DNA of 32,000 nucleotides, from the NCBI RefSeq assembly GCF_002075285.3, contig NZ_CP021983.2, positions 4,170,001 through 4,202,000 on the forward strand. The letters run 5' to 3'. Both the position numbers and the translations under genes were made by a program. Below are positions 1 through 8,348 of the stretch, one piece after another; within the stretch, counting starts at the first letter, position 1, and each line of letters starts with the position of its first letter. This DNA is from Halomicronema hongdechloris C2206 (GTDB lineage Bacteria > Cyanobacteriota > Cyanobacteriia > Phormidesmidales > Phormidesmidaceae). The notes under the pieces were generated by a model. The model was not told the origin of the DNA, did not search any database, and saw nothing but the letters and a program-made list of their open reading frames with translations.

Positions 1-137
1 GTCAGCGCGTCCTTCGCGGCAGAGCCATAGAGAATGAGAGATTTCAGCTTATCGCCATAGTGCTCAAGCAAAACTTGTTTGCAGGCGGCCAGGGTCTCCT
101 GTAAAGGGAACTCCAAATCCGGTTGAGCCGTTTTCAC
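1..137 (-). CDS. nucleotidyltransferase-fold protein (MNT/antitoxin-like), N-terminal part; gene runs off the window start
   Basis: Minus-strand reading from GTG at 137 gives VKTAQPDLEFPLQETLAACKQVLLEHYGDKLKSLILYGSAAKDAL. This matches the LxLYGSxA(R/K) opening of minimal nucleotidyltransferases. The frame is open to position 1. The start codon is uncertain. Confidence 0.4.
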   Translation of the reverse strand, partial: MKTAQPDLEFPLQETLAACKQVLLEHYGDKLKSLILYGSAAKDAL

Positions 138-156
138 GTCGATTCCCTCGATCGCC

Positions 157-822
157 TCATAGCTGCTGCGCCAACCACTGGGCCACACTGCCATTCGACT
201 CCGTTGCCAGCCGTCCAAACGCCTGCTCCACCAGCGACGCCTCCAACCCCGCCAAAGCCACCGACGTCAGCGTCTGCTGATATAGCCCCTCCGGCGACAG
301 TCGAAACACCATCAGCCGCGCCGCCTGCACATCAACCACCCAGTATTCCGGAATTTCCAGCCAGCCATAGATCTGCTTCTTCTCATCCAGATCGGTGGCC
401 AGGGTGGTATCACCCACCTCACACACCAGATCCGGCACCCGCCACTGCCGCAGATTCACCCGCCGCGGTTCCCCCGGCTGCCAACGAGGCACATCCGCTC
501 CGATGTATAACACCTCATCCGGTGAGGCCGCCCGCTGCTGAGGCTTTTCGAGAATGCATCCGCCCAAGCAGTCAAACGACTGCCCTGGCTGTCGACGGCT
601 AAACCAGGCGAAAAAGATCATCGCTAACAATTCTCTGAAGCGGGCATGGTCGACCCCTTCCCAGCCCATATCAATAAACAACCGTCCTTGATTGAAGAAG
701 ATGCGAAAGTGCTCAGCCTTGGCAGTATTGACGCTGTTCAGATAGTCTTGCCAGGTAGCAATGTACCACCGGGGTAGGTCGCTGGGGGACTGACGGGCCG
801 GAATTTGAGAGACCGATACCAC
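157..822 (-). CDS. Uma2 family (DUF820) putative restriction-type endonuclease
   Basis: 221-aa ORF with a GTG start. The core ...VPDLVCEVGDTTLATDLDEKKQIYGWLEIPEYWVVDVQ... is the PD-(D/E)xK-like signature of cyanobacterial Uma2 proteins. Confidence 0.8.
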   Translation of the reverse strand: MVSVSQIPARQSPSDLPRWYIATWQDYLNSVNTAKAEHFRIFFNQGRLFIDMGWEGVDHARFRELLAMIFFAWFSRRQPGQSFDCLGGCILEKPQQRAASPDEVLYIGADVPRWQPGEPRRVNLRQWRVPDLVCEVGDTTLATDLDEKKQIYGWLEIPEYWVVDVQAARLMVFRLSPEGLYQQTLTSVALAGLEASLVEQAFGRLATESNGSVAQWLAQQL

Positions 823-856
823 GACACGCTGAGGCTCAACAGTAGTTCAATCATAG

Positions 857-1141
857 TAGTTCTGGACAAAGCCAGACATCTCACCGGGTGGTGAACTGAT
901 TGCAGCAGCCCTCTCTCCTGAAGACAGCAACATCCGTCGGGACCGCAACGCCAAACTCAAACTCTATTCCGTACAGGGAGTGCAAGACTACTGGATTTGC
1001 GATCGCTTCACCCAGCACGTCGAAATTTATCGCCGCCAGAATGCTCAACTAGTGCGGATAGCTACTCTGCTGCCAGACGATGAACTCACCTCTCCGTTGC
1101 TACCAGAATTTCGCTGTCTGGTAGAGAATCTTTTCAAATAA
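857..1141 (+). pseudogene. Uma2 family endonuclease, C-terminal fragment without a start
   Basis: The frame is open only from 857 (TAG at 854-856) and has no start codon. Translation is ...LSPEDSNIRRDRNAKLKLYSVQGVQDYWICDRFTQHVEIYRRQNAQLVRIATLLPDDELTSPLLPEFRCLVENLFK*. It covers only the C-terminal ~90 aa of a Uma2 protein. Confidence 0.6.
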
Positions 1142-1182
1142 TCATGTCGCTGGCCAGGCCATAGGAATTTGCTACTGGCCCC

Positions 1183-2247
1183 CTACAGTAGATGGTGGAA
1201 GCGATCATCGGCGCCCAATTGCTTCACGGCTTTTTTGATGTCTTGGGTGCGGTCTTTGCGCACGATTAGGGTGGCGTTGCCGTCCCGCACCACCACCACG
1301 TCGTCTAGGCCGATGGTGACCACGACTTCGCTTGGGTCAGAGCTGTAGAGGATGCTGCCCTGGGTGTCGAGGCCCACATGGGTGGCTAGCTCCACGTTCA
1401 CCTGGTCGGGTTGCTTTAGCAGTCGCTCCACGGCGTTCCAGTCCCCCAGGTCGTCCCAGCCGAAGCTGACTGGCATCACGTAGGCCCGCTCGGTCTTCTC
1501 CATGACGGCGTAGTCGATGCTGAGTTTGGTCAGCTCCCCATAGGCGGCGGCCCCCTTGTCCGTCAAGGGCTGTATCAACTGGGGCGCATGGGTTTTGAGT
1601 TCCTGCAGCATCACCTGGGCCGGGAAGATGAACATGCCGCTGTTCCAGCTGAAGCGGCCACTGGCGATGAAGTCTGCGGCGGTGGCTTGGTCGGGTTTCT
1701 CGGTGAAGCGGCTGACCCGATAAGCCTCCAGGGAACCGTAGCTGCCGGCGGCGTCTCCCTGCTCGATGTAGCCATAGCCGGTGGCGGCATAGGTGGGACG
1801 AATGCCTAACGTTGCGATCGCATCCTGCTCCGTCGCCAGAGCAGCTGCAGCAGTGACAGTTTGACAAAACCGCTGGTCATCGTCGATCCAGTGATCTGCC
1901 GGGAAAAAGCCCACCATGGCCGTGGGGCCGTGACGCTTGGCGATTTCCAACGTGGCCCAGGCCACCGCCGGGGCCGTATCGCGGCCCTCTGGTTCCACTA
2001 GCAAATTGGACTCCGGCAACTGCGGCAATTGCTGCCGCACCCCATCCGCCAAATGAGCGGCTGTAATCACCCAGAGCTGACGCCAATCCCCCGTCAGCAT
2101 TAGCAATCGCTGAGCTGTGCCCTGCAACAAACTGACACCACTACCGTCTAAACTGAGGAACTGTTTAGGCCGTTGACGACGACTCACGGGCCAAAACCGT
2201 TCTCCCTTGCCTCCCGCCAAAATCACTGGAATCAGCGTCGTTGCCAT
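1183..2247 (-). CDS. NDP-sugar pyrophosphorylase, mannose-1-phosphate guanylyltransferase-like
   Basis: The ATG at 2247 gives MATTLIPVILAGGKGERFWPVSRRQRPKQFL..., the canonical GGxGxRxxP nucleotidyltransferase N-terminus, for 354 aa. The 153-aa upstream extension in the ORF track overlaps the divergent LCP gene and is not credible. Confidence 0.85.
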   Translation of the reverse strand: MATTLIPVILAGGKGERFWPVSRRQRPKQFLSLDGSGVSLLQGTAQRLLMLTGDWRQLWVITAAHLADGVRQQLPQLPESNLLVEPEGRDTAPAVAWATLEIAKRHGPTAMVGFFPADHWIDDDQRFCQTVTAAAALATEQDAIATLGIRPTYAATGYGYIEQGDAAGSYGSLEAYRVSRFTEKPDQATAADFIASGRFSWNSGMFIFPAQVMLQELKTHAPQLIQPLTDKGAAAYGELTKLSIDYAVMEKTERAYVMPVSFGWDDLGDWNAVERLLKQPDQVNVELATHVGLDTQGSILYSSDPSEVVVTIGLDDVVVVRDGNATLIVRKDRTQDIKKAVKQLGADDRFHHLL

Positions 2248-2477
2248 AGTCTTCCCCCGGGGCCATGATGTCGGCCTTATCCTAACTCTGGCTCCTGACG
2301 AGAACGCTATAATCACCTTAATGTTGATTAACAAATCATGGGATTGCAAAGTTTTACACATATACCGTCGCGATTTCGGCGGATAGTGCGTGGAAGCAAG
2401 TGATCCTGTGGAGCAGGCAGTCCTGTGGTGGGGATTGTGACCTGTGAGGATGTGAACGGCATTTGGATAGAGTACGC

Positions 2478-3893
2478 ATGGTTCCCCAGTCTCCGAATAC
2501 CCATGATGCAACAACTGCACCCCCAACCTTATCTCCCGCCTCCCAAGCCTCCGATCATCCTGCCTCCAACCTAGCCATCTCCCCGTCGCCGCCATCTCGT
2601 CCCCGCTGGCGTCATCGGCTGCGGCAATGCCTATGGGGGAGTGCCTTTGTCGGCACCGCCGCCGTCTCAGCCATGGCCGGGGGGTTTCTGGCCCTAGCGA
2701 TGCCATTACCCGGCTGGTTAGTTTCCCCCGGCTCCGAAACCAATTCCCTGGCCGATCTGTGGCAGGCTGGCTTTCGCTATCGGGTAGAGCGCCCAGTTAA
2801 TCTCTTGGTCATGGGGATTGACGAGGTTCCCGACGCCGCGGCTAACTCGCCGGCCCGGTTCTCTGGACGCACCGATACACTGCTGCTGGTGCGGGTTAAC
2901 CCAGACGAGCAGAGGGCCAGCATCATGTCTATCCCGCGGGATACTCGGGTCGAGATTCCCGCAGTCGGCCTCAACAAAATCAACCACGCCAACGTTGTGG
3001 GGGGACCCGAGCTGGTTGCCCGCACCATCTCCTATAATCTGGGGCCCATTGCCATCGACCGCTACGTGCGGATCAACACCAGTGCCTTTCGAGAACTCGT
3101 CGACCTAGTCGGTGGCGTTGACGTCTTCGTGCCTAAGCGCATGGTCTATCAAGACCGCAGCCAAGGGTTGACTATCAACCTGCAACCGGGTTGGCAAACC
3201 CTCAATGGGGATCAGGCCGAGCAATTTGCCCGCTTCCGTCAAGACGCCCAGGGGGACATCGGTCGAGTGCAGCGGCAACAGATGTTGCTGAAGGCCCTGC
3301 GCCAACGCCTCACCAGTCCCACCGTCATTCCTCGGCTACCCCAGGCGATTCGTATCGCTCAGCGCCATGTCGATACCAACTTAACCTTGGAAGAAATGCT
3401 GGCCCTGGCCAACTTTGTCCTGACCCTAGAGCCAGAGCAACTCCAGATGGTGATGTTGCCCGGACACTTTAGCAACGGTGACTATAACGCCAGCTATTGG
3501 ATTCCTGACCTGCAAGCCAGCGCCAAGGTCATGGACGAGTTTTTCCAGAGTAGCGCCGTTGCCCTGCTCAGCCATCAGGAATCGACCTCGGTGCGGCGGC
3601 TCCGCATTGCCGTCCAGAATGCCTCCGGTGATCCCGATATTGGTGGCACCGTCGCCAATTATCTGCGCGATCAGGGCTTCCAGAATGTCTATGTGACGCA
3701 AAATTGGCCCGACCCTCTGCATCGCACTGAAGTAATTGCCCAACGTGGGGATCTAGACAGTGCCGATATCCTGACATCGGTCTTGGGGATGGGCCGAGTC
3801 GTATCAGAGTCGACCGGCGACTTACAGTCTGATCTCACCATACGGGTGGGAGAAGATTGGGTAGATGCTACGACGGTACAGGATTCCCCATGA
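2478..3893 (+). CDS. LCP (LytR-CpsA-Psr) family cell-envelope glycopolymer transferase with LytR_C-like tail
   Basis: An N-terminal TM segment (LWGSAFVGTAAVSAMAGGFLALAM) is followed by LLVMGID...GRTDTLLLVRVNP...SIPRDTRVEIP...KINHA...FRQD...GDIGRVQRQQ. The ATG at 2478 is preferred over the TTG at 2463. Confidence 0.85.
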   Translation: MVPQSPNTHDATTAPPTLSPASQASDHPASNLAISPSPPSRPRWRHRLRQCLWGSAFVGTAAVSAMAGGFLALAMPLPGWLVSPGSETNSLADLWQAGFRYRVERPVNLLVMGIDEVPDAAANSPARFSGRTDTLLLVRVNPDEQRASIMSIPRDTRVEIPAVGLNKINHANVVGGPELVARTISYNLGPIAIDRYVRINTSAFRELVDLVGGVDVFVPKRMVYQDRSQGLTINLQPGWQTLNGDQAEQFARFRQDAQGDIGRVQRQQMLLKALRQRLTSPTVIPRLPQAIRIAQRHVDTNLTLEEMLALANFVLTLEPEQLQMVMLPGHFSNGDYNASYWIPDLQASAKVMDEFFQSSAVALLSHQESTSVRRLRIAVQNASGDPDIGGTVANYLRDQGFQNVYVTQNWPDPLHRTEVIAQRGDLDSADILTSVLGMGRVVSESTGDLQSDLTIRVGEDWVDATTVQDSP

Positions 3894-4057
3894 TTGTCCC
3901 GAAGGGATCTTCTCAATCTCGACCAGCCTCCCAGGAGCCGCAGTTACCTCAGGGGACACCTTGGTGGCTAAAGTTGACCTGGGCTGGCCTACTGGCCTGC
4001 CTCTGGCTGTTACTATCGGCGGGCCCGGCCTTGGGGCAGTGGCAAGGCCCCAGCTAA
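3890..4057 (+). CDS. small hypothetical membrane protein (55 aa), possibly translationally coupled to the LCP gene
   Basis: The ATG at 3890 overlaps the LCP stop (ATGA). It has one hydrophobic helix, WWLKLTWAGLLACLWLLLSAGPAL. I recognise no homology. Confidence 0.25.
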   Translation: MIVPKGSSQSRPASQEPQLPQGTPWWLKLTWAGLLACLWLLLSAGPALGQWQGPS

Positions 4058-4303
4058 TTCATAGTGATTACCCTTGCGTCTGGACAGTATCGGCAATGCA
4101 GCCAAAACTGATAATGGACTTTATCACCCATGGAGTCGTGTTGCAATTCGTAACAGAAGAAGTCTAGGCCGCCCTACGGATCTGCCTGGCTGGAATTAAT
4201 AGCCGTTTGCGGCAGTCTGCGATTGTTGTCACAGAGCGGTTGTCGTCATAGAGGGGAAGCAACTTGATAGACTAGGAGCCTATGAGCATCAACATTGGAG
4301 GCT

Positions 4304-4531
4304 ATGGTGAGGCATTCTCCCTTCGACAGTAATCAAATCATGCGGCGCACCGAAGATCTGATTGACGCCGCATCCAACCGGTACCGGATTACGGTGCAGG
4401 TGGCCAGCCGAGCCCAACGCCGTCGTTACGAAGACTTTGATGCACTGGATGATCCCAAGATGAAACCCGTGCTGCGGGCCATCATTGAAATGTCTGATGA
4501 ACTGACGCAACCCGAAATCATCGGTGAATAA
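4304..4531 (+). CDS. rpoZ: DNA-directed RNA polymerase subunit omega (cyanobacterial type)
   Basis: [64 protein letters not shown] is near-identical to the conserved cyanobacterial RpoZ core. The start could be ATG 4304 or TTG 4295. Confidence 0.88.
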   Translation: MVRHSPFDSNQIMRRTEDLIDAASNRYRITVQVASRAQRRRYEDFDALDDPKMKPVLRAIIEMSDELTQPEIIGE

Positions 4532-4568
4532 CCCATTGAATATCCCGTAGTTAGGATGTCGGTGGTCC

Positions 4569-4934
4569 ATGGCGCGTCATATGAAACAAGGAAACGGGTG
4601 GCGTTTAGGCTGGGATCCGGAAGCTCCTATCTACAAAGCACTCTTGGCCGGAGAATCCTGGTCTCTGGAACTCACCGAACCAGAGTTTCAGGATTTTTGT
4701 CGGTTGACGACGCAGTTAGACGCCACCATGACCACCATGGCAGCAGAGCTCATGGATGCAGAGCGAATTACCTGCGAGGCCGAAAGCGAGTGGCTCTGGT
4801 TAGAGGTGGAGGGGATTCCCCACGCTTACAGTCTGCATCTGATTCTGCTACAAGGACGGCGAGGGGAAGGGGAATGGCCGGTTACTGTAGTCTCTGAGCT
4901 GCTCCAGGCTCTGCCGGGGCTTACGGTGTTTTAG
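4569..4934 (+). CDS. DUF1818 family protein (cyanobacteria-specific)
   Basis: 121-aa ORF, MARHMKQGNGWRLGWDPEAP...ELTEPEFQDFCRL...ITCEAESEWLWLEVEGIPHAYSLHLIL. It sits in the usual position just downstream of rpoZ. Confidence 0.7.
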   Translation: MARHMKQGNGWRLGWDPEAPIYKALLAGESWSLELTEPEFQDFCRLTTQLDATMTTMAAELMDAERITCEAESEWLWLEVEGIPHAYSLHLILLQGRRGEGEWPVTVVSELLQALPGLTVF

Positions 4935-4956
4935 CCAGGCCTGGGGGAGTCGAGGG

Positions 4957-5240
4957 GTGAAGAGTGAAGAGTGAAGAGTGAAGAGCTTGCCCTGTTCGCG
5001 AAGCGGCTCCGCTCGTAGTGAGCGAAGTCGAACTGTAGGAGCAACGCAGTCGTTGGCTTTGCCTGCCCGGAGGGCATAGGGTGAAGAGTGAAGAGTGAAG
5101 AGCTTGCCCTGTATGACTTTCAGTCAGCGCGTCAGCGGCTCCGCTCGCGAAGCGACCCCGGCGGGGTTAAGAAGCAACGCAGTCGTTTCGCCAAGCGACA
5201 TGAAAGGCTTTGCCTGCCCAGAGGGCATAGGGTGAAGGGC
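4957..5240. repeat. two tandem copies of a composite element bounded by GTGAAGA heptamer arrays (STRR-like)
   Basis: GTGAAGA occurs x4 at 4957-4984 and x3 at 5081-5101, with a degenerate copy near 5231. Shared core blocks: AGCGGCTCCGCTCG at 5002-5015 and 5134-5147; AGCAACGCAGTCGTT at 5040-5054 and 5173-5187; GGCTTTGCCTGCCC(G/A)GAGGGCATAGG at 5055-5080 and 5206-5231. Confidence 0.8.
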
Positions 5241-5448
5241 GGGATAGGTAACGGTTGCATTAGGCGTCTGCTCTACTCGTGGCTCGATCACCCTGTTGCT
5301 CACTCACTGGCTTGACACTTAACAGTAAGTTAATGTTCTGTGATGTTTCTTGGCGTTCCATACGGCTAACGCTACGCTAAGCTCGACCATACGCCCTTCT
5401 TCTCTAAAGAAGGCGTCTTTCTAACCAGCAATCTGGGGTGGCCTGACC

Positions 5449-6630
5449 ATGAAGCTGAAGGTTGTCAGTGACACACTGTTTAAGCTAAGTCCTAAACTGT
5501 CGCAAGACTTGCCTGAGTCTGACAAGGTATTTGTCAAGAATGGTACTGAATACGAGATTCAGTTTTATACAAAGGCGGATAACAATCATTTACGGGTTGA
5601 GTTATCCCACGATACCTTGGGTAATCCGGCCAAGAGTGTTTGGTATGCCTACGAACCGGATGTAGACGTTAGTCCTTCCCCGGTTACCCTGCAGGTGGTC
5701 AGCGATACACTATTCAAGCTGCGGCCAGTGCTCTCCAGTGAGCTCTCAGATCGGGAAAAGGTGTTTGTTAAAAATGGCACCGAATTTGAGTTGCAGTCTT
5801 ATCTGCCAGCGGCAGGCAATCACATGAAGGTGGCCATTGCCAATGCCTTTTTGGGGCCTGAGAACCGCAACACTTGGTATGCGTATAACCCCGATGTCCG
5901 CGTTGACGGGGAGGTGATCCAACTCAAGGTCATCAGCGACACTCTCTTCAAGCAGGAACCGCAGTTGTCTAGTCAGCTGTCTGATTCCGAAAAAGTCTTT
6001 GTCAAAAACGGTACTATCTTTGAGCTTCATTCCCATACGTCGACGGAAGGGAATCATGTGAAGTTGGCCTTGGCCAATGCCTTTTTGGGGCCTGAGAACC
6101 GCAATACTTGGTACGCCTATGCGCCTGACATTGAGGTAGAGGGCAATGAGCCAGATAATCAACCCCGTGATAAGCCACCGGCAACGCCTAAGGATCCGGG
6201 TAGGGCGATCCGCTTGCCGGGATTTCAAGGAACTTACTACCTGAATAATCCCATCATCTACGGGGGGAATTTTACCTGGGGCGAGGCTACCCATGGTGGT
6301 AGCCGCATGCCGGAGAATGCTGGGGTGGTCTATGGCATTATCCGCATCACCAAGGCGATGGAGGAAGTGCGTAAGATATTTGGCAATAAGCCTATCACGG
6401 TCAATTCTTGGTATCGGGACCCGCGCACGAATGCGGCTGTGGGGGGAGCCTCTCGCTCTCGTCACATGTCGGGCGATGCCGTTGATTTTGTCGTGCCTGG
6501 CACGCATCCCTACGATGTGTACGCTCGCTTGAATGGTTGGTGGGGAGGACGAGGTGGCTTAGCCAGCGCCACAGTATTCACTCACATTGATGCCCGGGGC
6601 TATCGGGCCCGATGGAGCTATGGATTCTAA
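5449..6630 (+). CDS. peptidase M15A-type (D-Ala-D-Ala carboxypeptidase/YcbK-like) metallopeptidase with three N-terminal tandem repeats
   Basis: The C-terminus NSWYRDPRTNAAVGGASRSRHMSGDAVDF...FTHIDARG carries the H-x6-D...H zinc motif of the M15 family. Three ~78-80 aa repeats lie at nt 5449-5688, 5689-5922 and 5923-6144, each with the pattern L(K/Q)V(V/I)SDTLFK...KVFVKNGT...WYAY.PD. Confidence 0.8.
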   Translation: MKLKVVSDTLFKLSPKLSQDLPESDKVFVKNGTEYEIQFYTKADNNHLRVELSHDTLGNPAKSVWYAYEPDVDVSPSPVTLQVVSDTLFKLRPVLSSELSDREKVFVKNGTEFELQSYLPAAGNHMKVAIANAFLGPENRNTWYAYNPDVRVDGEVIQLKVISDTLFKQEPQLSSQLSDSEKVFVKNGTIFELHSHTSTEGNHVKLALANAFLGPENRNTWYAYAPDIEVEGNEPDNQPRDKPPATPKDPGRAIRLPGFQGTYYLNNPIIYGGNFTWGEATHGGSRMPENAGVVYGIIRITKAMEEVRKIFGNKPITVNSWYRDPRTNAAVGGASRSRHMSGDAVDFVVPGTHPYDVYARLNGWWGGRGGLASATVFTHIDARGYRARWSYGF

Positions 6631-6690
6631 GGGATAGGCTGCTGATTGGAAAGCTTACTGTGCTATTCTAGGTAAGCGCGCAAGACATAT

Positions 6691-6764
6691 CGGGGCGTAG
6701 CGCAGCTTGGTAGCGCACCACTTTGGGGTAGTGGGGGTCGTGGGTTCAAATCCCGCCGCTCCGA
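6691..6764 (+). tRNA. tRNA-Pro (anticodon GGG)
   Basis: Manual cloverleaf fold: acceptor CGGGGCG/CGCUCCG, D arm GCGC-AGCUUGGUA-GCGC, anticodon arm CCACU-UUGGGGU-AGUGG, T arm GUGGG-UUCAAAU-CCCGC, discriminator A. CCA is not encoded. Confidence 0.9.
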
Positions 6765-6772
6765 TTGACTGA

Positions 6773-6797
6773 AACCTCCCAGGAATGGGAGGTTTTG
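6773..6797 (+). terminator. intrinsic terminator after tRNA-Pro
   Basis: 8-bp stem AACCTCCC/GGGAGGTT with loop AGGAAT, followed by TTTTG. Confidence 0.65.
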
Positions 6798-6942
6798 TCG
6801 TTATTATTGGGTATTGGCAGGCTAATTCTCGGGTGTCTCGGGGGGCTCCCCCTGGTTGAGCATTGCCGACCCGGTTAGCCAGTAGGGCGACCCACGCCTG
6901 TCTCTGTCTCCCTGCTCATATCATCCCCGATCTACCCATCGC

Positions 6943-7626
6943 ATGGATACGTATCTACGCCCCCTCAGAACGCTTTTCCAGCAACAGGCTAACCCTGAGA
7001 ATGCCACTGCGATGAAGCGGTACATGCGAGATCAGTTTGCATTTTTGGGCATTAAGTCTCCCCAGGTAAACTCCCTATTCAAACAATTTATTGCGGAGAA
7101 CGGACTGCCAGAGTTATCCCAGCTAGATAGCGTAGTTCGAGCGTTGTGGACTTGGCCTGAGCGGGAATATCAGTATGTGGCACTCTCATTGCTAGATAAA
7201 CTCCAAAAGCACCTAACTCCTGAGATTCTGCCCCTACTAGAACATCTGATCGTTACCCGGTCTTGGTGGGATACGGTAGATTCTATCGCCAGCCATAACG
7301 TTGGAAAACTATTGCGACAGTATCCTGATCGGCAAGCCGCTGTAATTGATGCGTGGTGTCGATCAGACAATATTTGGCTACGCCGCACAACTCTGCTGTT
7401 CCAACTCGGATATAAGGCCGAAACCGATGCGGAACTGCTATTTGACTTGATTGTTAAAAATGCAGACTCATCCGAGTTTTTCATTCAAAAAGCCATTGGC
7501 TGGGCATTACGCGAATATTCCAAGACCTGTCCCGATGCTGTGAAGGCATTTGTTGAGGCGGAAAGACTGCCCTCACTGAGCCGACGAGAAGCCCTAAAGT
7601 GGATGAACTCTAAGGGGTACCTCTAG
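6943..7626 (+). CDS. DNA alkylation repair protein (AlkD/AlkC-like HEAT-repeat family)
   Basis: 227 aa with family-typical NATAMKRYMRDQFAFLGIKSP...WPEREYQY...SWWDTVDSIA...IWLRRT...FFIQKAIGWALREYSK. Confidence 0.85.
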   Translation: MDTYLRPLRTLFQQQANPENATAMKRYMRDQFAFLGIKSPQVNSLFKQFIAENGLPELSQLDSVVRALWTWPEREYQYVALSLLDKLQKHLTPEILPLLEHLIVTRSWWDTVDSIASHNVGKLLRQYPDRQAAVIDAWCRSDNIWLRRTTLLFQLGYKAETDAELLFDLIVKNADSSEFFIQKAIGWALREYSKTCPDAVKAFVEAERLPSLSRREALKWMNSKGYL

Positions 7627-7736
7627 ACTTCTGCACTTCTTGAATATAAGCTAATATACGTGAAACAATCGAGGTCAAAAAAACTGATAGCTTTAAAATA
7701 TTAGGTGGTATGCATTCTTGAGGTATCTGTCGAATA

Positions 7737-8123
7737 ATGGCCAAAAATGAATCAGCTCTCACAGGTAAAGCTCTACTTCAGAAGGTCAAGGAATTAGGGC
7801 ATCTGTCTAAGCGAGAGACCGCTAAGGAGTGCGGCTACTACTCGATCACTAAGGACGGCCAAATCCGTGTCAATCTCTCGGGTTTCTACGATGCTCTCTT
7901 AGAGGCGAAGGGCATTGTTCTAGATGCTGAAGGTAGTAAAGATGGTCGGGGTCGGGAAGCCTCCTATAGGGTCAAGGTCCACAAGAATGGGCAGATTGTT
8001 ATTGGGGCGGCCTATACCCAGGAAATGGGATTACAACCAGGCGATGAGTTTCAGGTCAAACTCGGCTACAAGCATATTCACTTGGCCCGGATTGATGAGG
8101 ACGAAGACACTGAAGCCGCATAA
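7737..8123 (+). CDS. cyanobacterial AbrB-like (cyAbrB) transcriptional regulator, copy 1
   Basis: 128 aa. The N-terminal part GKALLQKVKELGHL.KRETAKECGYY and the C-terminal AbrB/SpoVT-type swapped-hairpin part YRVKVHKNGQIVIGAAYTQEMGLQPGDEFQVKLGYKHIHL match the cyAbrB architecture. Confidence 0.85.
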   Translation: MAKNESALTGKALLQKVKELGHLSKRETAKECGYYSITKDGQIRVNLSGFYDALLEAKGIVLDAEGSKDGRGREASYRVKVHKNGQIVIGAAYTQEMGLQPGDEFQVKLGYKHIHLARIDEDEDTEAA

Positions 8124-8149
8124 TTTTAATGCCTCGACTGAACCATTGA

Positions 8150-8174
8150 CCCCTGGCACCACGTCAGGGGTTTT
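8150..8174 (+). terminator. intrinsic terminator after cyAbrB copy 1
   Basis: Stem CCCCTG/CAGGGG with a 9-nt loop, followed by TTTT. Confidence 0.55.
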
Positions 8175-8348
8175 GTGGTGATCGTCGCTAGCTAATTCCT
8201 CAGATGGTAGCCTGATTCTCAGGACTGCTATGGAATGCTCCCCTAGCCCTGGTGGCGTCGTTTTATGAACAAGGATGCGATCGCATCTCTGGATCTGTCT
8301 TTCATCGTCTTTGCGATCGCACGCAAGCCACCTCGCCAATAGCCAACT

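Noticed and set aside
123-602. 159-aa proline-rich + strand ORF
   Set aside because: It lies entirely antisense to the well-supported Uma2 gene. Its low-complexity P/A composition is typical of a GC-rich shadow frame.
2248-2706. 153-aa N-terminal extension of the guanylyltransferase ORF (the 507-aa version)
   Set aside because: The canonical GGxGxR N-terminus begins at the internal ATG at 2247. The extension is Arg-rich nonsense and overlaps the divergent LCP start region.
4957-5240. Possible CRISPR array (also considered for 21313-21388)
   Set aside because: The units are 7 nt in direct tandem with no spacers. The two longer repeats have dissimilar 'spacers' that share blocks with each other, and no cas genes are present.
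5746-6507. 253-aa minus-strand ORF
   Set aside because: It is antisense to the M15 peptidase gene, which has clear family motifs and internal repeats. The antisense peptide has no recognisable features.
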